Source: Candidatus Woesearchaeota archaeon (GTDB lineage Archaea > Nanobdellota > Nanobdellia > SCGC-AAA011-G17 > PNOQ01). From it: a DNA stretch of 45,561 nucleotides. Positions 30,119-36,759 of this stretch are shown here, piece by piece; position 1 is the stretch's first letter; every line of letters begins with the position of its first letter. A program made the position numbers and the translations under genes. The DNA is taken from the NCBI GenBank assembly GCA_043812195.1, contig JBDRML010000017.1, forward strand, positions 1 through 45,561, in the 5' to 3' direction. The notes below the pieces were generated by a model. The model did no database searches. It had not been told where the DNA came from and saw only the letters and a list, made by a program, of their open reading frames with translations.

Positions 30119-30163
30119 AAAGGTCGACAAGGTTGACAACCACCAGCGAAAGTTCTTTATAAA
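30119..30163 (+). promoter_or_regulatory. Conserved 45-nt upstream element of nuclease gene (tandem AAGGTnGACA + BRE/TATA)
   Basis: AAAGGTCGACAAGGTTGACAACCACCAGCGAAAGTTCTTTATAAA, 19 nt before ATG 30183; 39/45 identical to 36049-36005 (-). Confidence 0.85.
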
Positions 30164-30182
30164 GAGGAAATAATATTGGTGT

Positions 30183-31139
30183 ATGGATAATAAACTAATA
30201 GAAGATTTTACTAAAAATAAACTTCCAACAAAAGAAATAGCTAAAAAATATAAATTAACATTAGAAGTTATAAAAAAAATATTAATAAATAATTTAGGCA
30301 GGGAGAAATATCTCAAATCAGCACATTCTATTGGAGGGATAACCATTGCTAGAAAATTAAAAAATCCCCTTTACAAAGAAACATATTCTATGAATTTAGG
30401 CAAAGCAGTATCAAAGGCAATTAAACAAAAAATGAAAAATCCAAAATTTAGAAAAATATGGATAGAAAAATCAAAAGATGCTTCAAAAGAAGGGAGAAAA
30501 AGAATAAATACTCTTTTAGAAATTGATCCAATATTTAGAGCTAAATGGGTTAAAAATTGTGCCAAAGGCGGGAATAAAACGTTTAAGTTAAAAATAGGAG
30601 CATTTGATAGGGCAAATATAAAAAAAAGGAAAAAAGGAGCATTAATCGGTTTAAAAAATACAAAAAGAAAAATGATAGGACCTAAAAATGAAAAAATGTA
30701 CAATAATTTTGAAAGATATATAGCAAATTTAATTATTGAAAATAAACTAAATTATTTTTATGAAAAAATATTCCCAGACAAAAATGCCAATGGTTTCATA
30801 AGCTGTGATTTTGAGATTAATGTTAACAATAAAAAATTACTTATTGAAGTAACATGTTGGGATAAATATAAAGATAAATCATTACAAATAAACAAAAAAT
30901 TTCAAATATTAAAGAATCAATTAGTTAATTTTGAGTATATCCTAGTTGCACCCACAAAAAGGCAAAGCGAAAGATATTCAGAATTTTTAGATAAAGAAAT
31001 AATATGTTTTAGCTCATACGAATTTAAAAAAGAATTGAAAAAAATAGCGAGGGACGGATTTGAATTCGCCGGTAATTCACTTAAGCGAAATACCTCCGAC
31101 GACCTCCGGGTTATGAGCCCGACGAGCACTCCTAATTGA
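30183..31139 (+). CDS. Free-standing homing-endonuclease-like protein (HTH + basic repeats + PD-(D/E)xK/Vsr-like domain)
   Basis: KEIAKKYKLT HTH; KNPKFRKIW/DPIFRAKW repeats; FERYIANLI...YFYEK...CDFEI...LIEV nuclease-like core; very basic. Confidence 0.7.
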   Translation: MDNKLIEDFTKNKLPTKEIAKKYKLTLEVIKKILINNLGREKYLKSAHSIGGITIARKLKNPLYKETYSMNLGKAVSKAIKQKMKNPKFRKIWIEKSKDASKEGRKRINTLLEIDPIFRAKWVKNCAKGGNKTFKLKIGAFDRANIKKRKKGALIGLKNTKRKMIGPKNEKMYNNFERYIANLIIENKLNYFYEKIFPDKNANGFISCDFEINVNNKKLLIEVTCWDKYKDKSLQINKKFQILKNQLVNFEYILVAPTKRQSERYSEFLDKEIICFSSYEFKKELKKIARDGFEFAGNSLKRNTSDDLRVMSPTSTPN

Positions 31140-31176
31140 GCAAATATAGCAAGTATATTTTCTGCTCCACCTCGCT
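31045..31176 (-). tRNA. tRNA-iMet(CAT) with two introns (31161-31136 at 15/16; 31095-31065 at 53/54)
   Basis: Spliced 75-nt sequence AGCGAGGTGGAGCAG|TTAGGAGTGCTCGTCGGGCTCATAACCCGGAGGTCGTCGG|TTCAAATCCGTCCCTCGCTA; A1-U72 pair, GGG/CCC anticodon stem, no encoded CCA; both introns fold as BHB-type motifs. Confidence 0.93.
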
Positions 31177-31350
31177 ATCTAAAATATAGAACAATTTGTT
31201 CTTTTTAAACCTTCTGATTTAATTGGCTTTGCACAATAAGTCTAGTCTACACAAAAACTAAAAGTTAGATAAATTAGTAAAAGGAAATCCTAATTATTTA
31301 GAAATAGTAAGTATAGATTTTTAAGGATAGGGGCAGAAAACTAGATTGGT

Positions 31351-32067
31351 TCATTGGAGAAACTTATTAGCGTTGAATGTTTTAACAACCTGCCGCTTTT
31401 TAATAATATATTCTTGAATTCCAACGATAATTAAACCTACTATCAGTAAAATTATTCTAGCGTAAGTAGCAATGTATATACCATCTACACCTATGTCACC
31501 AATATAACTGTAAGCAGATTTAGCCAGAGTACCTAATAAAATAGGAAGGATAAATCTCTTAATTCCAATTGGTCCAGCTGCGACTATATAAGTTAATTCA
31601 TCATCTGGTGTAAATGGCAAAATATAAACTATTAATAAAGTAATTGGACCAACTTTTTGAGTGATCTGATCAAAACGATTGTAAAATCTAGGAGCCACAA
31701 CTTTTTTTAATAAGGGTCTTCCGTATCTTTTTACTAAAAAAACAATTAAAAATAATCCAATGGTAGTGGCAAGAAAATTTATGATAAAACCAACATGCCC
31801 GCCAAAGATATAACCCGCTGCGATTAGAATAAACGTGTTAAAAAGGGGTGTGAGAGTTACATACACTACTTCAATAAAAAAGTAAATTACCATTCCCCAT
31901 TGTCCACTACTTTCAACAACTACTTGTAGACTTTCCCGATCAATATACTTAGTAAAGATGACCGCAGCCACTATCATTAAAGCAATATAAACGCATATGA
32001 TAATTATACTTTTTAGCTTTGTTTTTTCAGAAATTATATTTAAACCATCTTTATATTTTTCTTTCAT
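31351..32067 (-). CDS. DedA/TVP38/VTT (SNARE-associated) membrane protein
   Basis: Multiple TM segments, AAGYIFGG...G...KRYGR, ILPFTPDDELTYIVA. Confidence 0.85.
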   Translation of the reverse strand: MKEKYKDGLNIISEKTKLKSIIIICVYIALMIVAAVIFTKYIDRESLQVVVESSGQWGMVIYFFIEVVYVTLTPLFNTFILIAAGYIFGGHVGFIINFLATTIGLFLIVFLVKRYGRPLLKKVVAPRFYNRFDQITQKVGPITLLIVYILPFTPDDELTYIVAAGPIGIKRFILPILLGTLAKSAYSYIGDIGVDGIYIATYARIILLIVGLIIVGIQEYIIKKRQVVKTFNANKFLQ

Positions 32068-32140
32068 CTTCCTTCACACCACTCACACATTACCTCTTTT
32101 TGCATAAATTTAAAAGTTATTAACCTTTTTATTATTTTCT

Positions 32141-32333
32141 ATGGAGTTCAACAAACATTATCACAAACATTCTAACATAGAAATTACATTTTCAATGATC
32201 AAAAGGAAATTTGGAAATAATGTACGATGTAAATCACTAAGAAACCAACCAAACTAATGAGGTTTTATTTAAGATTTTAGCCCACAATATTGTTGTTTTA
32301 ATCCATGAGTTATTTGAACTCAATATTAAATAG
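32141..32333 (+). pseudogene. Frameshifted C-terminal transposase remnant
   Basis: EFNKHYHKHSNIEITFSMIKRKFGNNVRCK / TNEVLFKILAHNIVVLIHELFEL aligns with EYLQHYHARSNAETTVHMIKSKFGDRVRSK...VNEVLCKIIAHNICCVIMEMNEL of 20741-21997. Confidence 0.88.
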
Positions 32334-32477
32334 ATTTTGATAAAATAGCGAAAAATCACCTGCACAAAAAGTGATTTAATTATTGTACAAAGCCATTTAA
32401 TTTTCCAAACCTTTAAATATACAAAATTAAAATTAATAATATGTTTATCAAAGAAATAAAGGAGGTGAAAATTCTAG

Positions 32478-32879
32478 ATGGCTACTGATTTATCAAGTTG
32501 GTTACCATTTGCAGGAATATTAGCAGGTGCAGCAATTACAGTTTTAATCATTGTTGGTATAGCAGTTTACATTTATATGGCAATAGCATTAATGACAATA
32601 GCAAATAAAACAAAAACACCAAACGCATGGCTTGCATGGATACCCATAGCAAATTATTATTTAATGACTCAAATTGCAAAAGTGCCTTGGTGGACGTTCT
32701 TTGCATTCTTATTAGTGTTAATACCCGCAATTGGAAGCTTAGCATTCTTAGCAGTTTCTGTTTGGTGGTGGTGGAGAATTGCAGAAGTAAGAAAGAGACC
32801 TGGTTGGTTAGGCATATTAACAATAATTCCAATAGTAAATCTAATAATTGTTGGAGTGCTTGCTTGGGCAAAAAAATAA
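32478..32879 (+). CDS. Membrane protein (DUF5684-like)
   Basis: ALMTIANKT...AWLAWIPIANYY...PWW...PGWLG.L..IPIVN repeat pattern; GGAGGTGA SD. Confidence 0.7.
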   Translation: MATDLSSWLPFAGILAGAAITVLIIVGIAVYIYMAIALMTIANKTKTPNAWLAWIPIANYYLMTQIAKVPWWTFFAFLLVLIPAIGSLAFLAVSVWWWWRIAEVRKRPGWLGILTIIPIVNLIIVGVLAWAKK

Positions 32880-32934
32880 TTTTTTCTTTTCTTTTTTCCA
32901 AAACTTTTATAAACATCTAAATAAATAATTTTAT

Positions 32935-33147
32935 ATGGCAGTTAAAAAAGTAACTTGGCTATTAGTATTATTAATGTCAATCTTCTTCGGATGGTTTGGC
33001 GTTGATAGATTTATCTTAGGACATATATTCTTAGGAATATTAAAACTAATAACATTTGGTGGTTTAGGAATATGGTGGATTATAGATGTAATCTTAATAG
33101 CAAGTAAATATAATTTCAAAAACATCAAATGGGTAGAAAACCAATAA
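32935..33147 (+). CDS. TM2-domain membrane protein
   Basis: FFGWFGVDRFILG...GILKLITFGGLGIWWIID. Confidence 0.9.
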   Translation: MAVKKVTWLLVLLMSIFFGWFGVDRFILGHIFLGILKLITFGGLGIWWIIDVILIASKYNFKNIKWVENQ

Positions 33148-33207
33148 TTTTTTCTTTTTTCCCCACTATTACATAAAACTTATATATAGATATTTTTTTA
33201 TTTCTTT

Positions 33208-33471
33208 ATGTTAAAAAATTTGATTATAGGTTTGTTTATAGGATATATAGGAATTATCCTTTATGAAGGTGGTTGGACATCTATTAAAAAAGTTTTTGGA
33301 AAGGAAATTATAGTAAGAATAAAAAAATGGCATGTACACCATAGCATGTATGGCATTGCATTATTAACAATCTGGCCATTTTTTATGAGTCCGCTAATTT
33401 TCGGTGCTGGTGTGGGTGTAATATTAAGGCATACGCAACAAGATGGATTTACATTTATAGGGAAAAATTAA
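33208..33471 (+). CDS. Hypothetical membrane protein
   Basis: Hydrophobic segments, WHVHHSMYG motif, TATA upstream. Confidence 0.6.
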   Translation: MLKNLIIGLFIGYIGIILYEGGWTSIKKVFGKEIIVRIKKWHVHHSMYGIALLTIWPFFMSPLIFGAGVGVILRHTQQDGFTFIGKN

Positions 33472-33488
33472 AATTTACCAAAAGAAAT

Positions 33489-34769
33489 CTATTTCAAACT
33501 AACATATCCGATTAATCTCCAACGTCCACCAACCATTCTGGAGATTGTAATTCTATCTTCTTTTCTCAAACTAACTGGTTTTTTTAAATTAACTTCAATA
33601 AAATCCTTTCCGACACCAATAACACTTCCAACCGTAACCGAAGAATTAACATTCATCATTAATATTTCACCTAACTTAATAGGATCAACCTTTAACTCAT
33701 CCTTAGAACCAACAACTCTATCTAATAAATGCACTTCTAATTTTAATTTTTCATAAGTTTCCAACATATGGCCTTCTAATCCAACTACATTTCCAACCAA
33801 ACTATCAGATTTAACAATAGAAGGATCTAATTTTGTTAAAATACTTGAAGATCCACCAGGAGCAATTTCTTCAACTTCTTCTCCACCCCACACAAAACCA
33901 ACAATTTGAGTTTTAATAGGAATCCAAACAATCTTATTATGTTTCTCTTTTTTCAAGCCAGGTCTTATCTCAATCAATTCACCCCTCTTAAAAATACCTT
34001 GTGCCATAGCTCCTCCCAAAACACCACCAGAAATTTTCTTTATTGGAGTTCCAGGTTTATTCACATCAAAGGATCTAGCAACATAAAAAATCGGATATTC
34101 ATTTTTCTTTCTTTCAGGAGTCTTAAATCTTTCTTGTATGATTTGTATTAAAGCATCAATATTAACATTATGCTGAGCAGAAATAGGAATTATCGGAGCA
34201 TCTTCAGCAATAGTACCTTTCAAAAAATTCTTAATCTGATTATAATTTTCAAACAATTCATCTTTACTAATCAAATCTATTTTATTCTGAACAACAATTA
34301 TATCTTTAATTCCACTTATTTCCAAAGCCATCAAATGCTCTTTAGTTTGTGGTTGAGGACAAGGTTCATTAGCAGAAATTAATAATAAAGCAGCATCCAT
34401 AATTGCAGCTCCAGATAACATAGTAGCCATTAAAGTCTCATGACCTGGTGCATCAATAAAAGAAACTTTTCTTAAAGGAACATTATCAGTTTTACATTTA
34501 GCACATTTAAAACTAGAACCATAACATTCAGGTTCCGAACATTTAACACATTTATAAAAAGTTGTATCAGCATAACCTAATTTTATAGTAATTCCTCTTT
34601 TTAGTTCTTCAGAATGGACATCAGCCCAGCGCCCAGAAAGAGCTTGAGTTAGAGTAGTCTTACCATGGTCTACGTCTTTGGTGTGGAAAAGTTTCCCTTT
34701 CTAATGTCCAACAAGACCAATGCTAATTTCAGGCACTAGTTCTTTTTCCTTATTTTTAATTTTTTTCAA
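33489..34769 (-). CDS. eif2g: Translation initiation factor aIF2 gamma subunit, two exons (34769?-34706 and 34675-33489; about 416 aa)
   Basis: VPEISIGLVG-H|VDHGKTTLTQALSGRWADVHSEELKRGITIKLGYAD, Zn knuckle, DAPGHETLMATMLSGAA, QNKID, RWRLIG. The start (TTG 34769, after GAGGGGG) is uncertain. Confidence 0.92.
34676..34705 (-). other. 30-nt BHB mRNA intron in aIF2gamma
   Basis: Central helix UUGG/CCAA, bulges AC|A and AG|A, intron hairpin GAAAGG-GAAA-CUUUUC, exon helix UGGUCUUG/CG(U)AGACCA; in-frame TAG inside; splicing gives GGA CAC GTA (G-H-V). Confidence 0.9.
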
Positions 34770-35984
34770 TCTGTTTTCTAACCCCCTCAATCTTTCCAAT
34801 TTTTTAGGATGAGATATATAAGGAATAATCTTCTCCCTAAAACTTATAAAACTATCCCTTTTGATTCTTATGTCATATTTTAATGTTGAAGATCGTTTTG
34901 TTTTACAATATTTGCGAGATATATAAGATTCAATTTTATCCAATTTTAATAGATATTTATACAATAAAGCAGTTTTTAAGAGTTTTATAATTTTTTTATT
35001 ATCTTTATATTTTTGGGTTCCAAAAGCAATAGAAATATCGAAACTATCTAAAGAAATACTTCCTTCTGCTTCGATTAATCCAGCGAAAAAAGCATGTCTA
35101 ACAGATTTGGGAGAATAATATAAAATAGAAATTAAATTTTTATTAAAATGATCAAATACATATTCTTTAAGAATTCTGTTGCAAACTTCAACACGATAAA
35201 CATAATTACCATATTGATGTTTATTAATAGAAATTACTTCAGCATATTTAGTTATTTCTTTATTTGGTCTAAAATCTGGTTTTAAAATAAGTTGTACTTT
35301 TGGATCAACTTGGTTTAATCTTAATATCAAATCTTTAAATTTTTGTATAAATTCTATATTTTTATTGCTTACGCCAACCTTTCTAGCCCCCCCACATTTA
35401 TCACCAACCCATTTACCAAATTCTTTAGCAAATTTTTCATTAAAAACCACCACATTTGGAAGCGGTCTATCTTGATAATTATCTTTTCTTTGGTTGGTTA
35501 TTTGTTCTGATGTTATATAAAAATATTTATTTTTGTTTAAATTAGTTGGTGGTTTGATAAATATATCATTTTCAAATATATTAAAGAAAATCCTATCTGC
35601 TAAAGATCTTCTAAAAGTAGATACTTTTTCTTTTTCTAAATCTACTATTGCTGGAAGTATCAAAGAATGTTCCCTACCACTCGTACCAACTTTTATCTTG
35701 TTTAAATTTTTTTCGAATTGTTTTAAGTTTATTTTAGTTAATTTAGAAATACTAATAATTTCTTTAGATGACATATATCTCTTGTATTTTTTATTATCAC
35801 ATATTTCAAAACCCCTTCTTAATCCAAATAAGTGCCTAACATTTATTCCAATATGTTTAGCAACAATTCTCCAATCTCCAAATTTCTCCCTAAGTAAAGA
35901 AAATACAAAATTTCTGAATTTACCATCTAGGTAAAACATAGCAGTCGTATTTAACAAATTTCTAAGTGATATTTTTACTAACAT
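34701..35984 (-). CDS. Free-standing LAGLIDADG homing-endonuclease-like protein, in frame with aIF2gamma exon 1 and ending at the intron TAG
   Basis: Degenerate motif 1 FAKEFGKWVGD, motif 2 FFAGLIEAEGSI, C-terminal IIPYISHPKK; N-terminal HTH-like segment; last residues are aIF2gamma's KELVPEISIGLVGH. Confidence 0.8.
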   Translation of the reverse strand: MLVKISLRNLLNTTAMFYLDGKFRNFVFSLLREKFGDWRIVAKHIGINVRHLFGLRRGFEICDNKKYKRYMSSKEIISISKLTKINLKQFEKNLNKIKVGTSGREHSLILPAIVDLEKEKVSTFRRSLADRIFFNIFENDIFIKPPTNLNKNKYFYITSEQITNQRKDNYQDRPLPNVVVFNEKFAKEFGKWVGDKCGGARKVGVSNKNIEFIQKFKDLILRLNQVDPKVQLILKPDFRPNKEITKYAEVISINKHQYGNYVYRVEVCNRILKEYVFDHFNKNLISILYYSPKSVRHAFFAGLIEAEGSISLDSFDISIAFGTQKYKDNKKIIKLLKTALLYKYLLKLDKIESYISRKYCKTKRSSTLKYDIRIKRDSFISFREKIIPYISHPKKLERLRGLENRLKKIKNKEKELVPEISIGLVGH

Positions 35985-36004
35985 AACTTAAAAATAAGAA
36001 ATGA

Positions 36005-36049
36005 TTCATAAACAACTTTCGGTGGTGTTTGTCGACCTTGTCTACCTTT
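36005..36049 (-). promoter_or_regulatory. Second copy of the 45-nt nuclease-gene upstream element
   Basis: AAAGGTAGACAAGGTCGACAAACACCACCGAAAGTTGTTTATGAA, 20 nt before ATG 35984. Confidence 0.85.
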
Positions 36050-36067
36050 GTAAACATTTAATAGTAG

Positions 36068-36481
36068 TTACTCTTGCTTTCTTTCTTCTGAACTTTCTTC
36101 TTTTCCACCGAAAATTTCTCCTATTCTTTTAGAACCTTCTTTTACAATCTTTAAATTTATTTGAGAAACATCTTCATCAATTAAATTTCCCCTGATAGTT
36201 TTTCTTTGTTTAATGCCTTTATCTTTAGTCTTGCCACCAACACCTTTAATAAATAAAGGTCTTTTTCTTGCAACACCTTCTATATCTTTTCTTAAAGGAA
36301 ATCCATCATTATCACTTCCACCAGTTATTTCTAACTCATATCCAGATAAACCAAATGAATTACCACTTACTTTCTCTCCCAATTTCTTACTTCTAAAAAC
36401 ATCAGATTCAGCATCAGTTGTTTGCTTTTTATAACTTTTCCCAGTTTTTGGATCATTTATATTTAATTTAAATTCTGCCAT
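36068..36481 (-). CDS. rps6e: 30S ribosomal protein S6e
   Basis: FKLNINDPKTGKSY, GYELEITGGSDNDGFP, RKTIRGN, QINLKIV. Confidence 0.97.
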   Translation of the reverse strand: MAEFKLNINDPKTGKSYKKQTTDAESDVFRSKKLGEKVSGNSFGLSGYELEITGGSDNDGFPLRKDIEGVARKRPLFIKGVGGKTKDKGIKQRKTIRGNLIDEDVSQINLKIVKEGSKRIGEIFGGKEESSEERKQE

Positions 36482-36482
36482 T

Positions 36483-36755
36483 TTATTTAACCATCCCTTC
36501 TATGCTTCTTTTAATGCGCCTTTTTTCTTTATTAAAAGATTCAAAAGCCTCTTTTCTTTTTGATTTACGGAATTCCTTTTTTGCTCCATTTATTTCAACT
36601 ACATATTTTAAACCAAAGCATAAAAATTCAGGAGCAGTTGAAAGTCTAAGACTCATTAAACCAACATCAAATCTCTCTATCATATAATATTTAGATAATT
36701 TAATTCTTTTTGTTTCAGTTTCAATATACCCTGCACCAGAACCTGTTTCTGACAT
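36483..36755 (-). CDS. Hypothetical protein between aIF5B and S6e
   Basis: 90-aa ORF tightly spaced in the operon; no recognised motif. Confidence 0.6.
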   Translation of the reverse strand: MSETGSGAGYIETETKRIKLSKYYMIERFDVGLMSLRLSTAPEFLCFGLKYVVEINGAKKEFRKSKRKEAFESFNKEKRRIKRSIEGMVK

Positions 36756-36759
36756 TTTT

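Larger units (their letters stand above)
31225..32394. mobile_element. Non-autonomous IS903-like element (1170 bp) carrying a DedA/VTT gene
   Basis: TIRs GGCTTTGCACAATAA (31225-31239) and TTATTGTACAAAGCC (32380-32394), 14/15; 8-bp TSD ATTTAATT (31217-31224, 32395-32402); transposase remnant inside. Confidence 0.88.

Noticed and set aside
30065-30346. 108-aa minus-strand ORF 30020-30346 as a gene
   Set aside because: Only the last residues (from ATG 30064) are rnhB exon 1; the rest is antisense to the nuclease gene and its promoter.
29997-34705. rnhB and eif2g as pseudogenes, or as cases of stop readthrough, recoding or ribosomal hopping
   Set aside because: Both genes are otherwise intact. 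Readthrough would put 10-11 extra residues in catalytic motifs. TAA, TAG and TGA all act as normal stops elsewhere in the window. No matched take-off/landing codons restore the motif, whereas BHB cleavage does so exactly.
34701-35984. LAGLIDADG ORF as an intein in aIF2gamma
   Set aside because: It lies upstream of all aIF2gamma sequence rather than within it, and has no Hint-type Cys/Ser start or His-Asn end.
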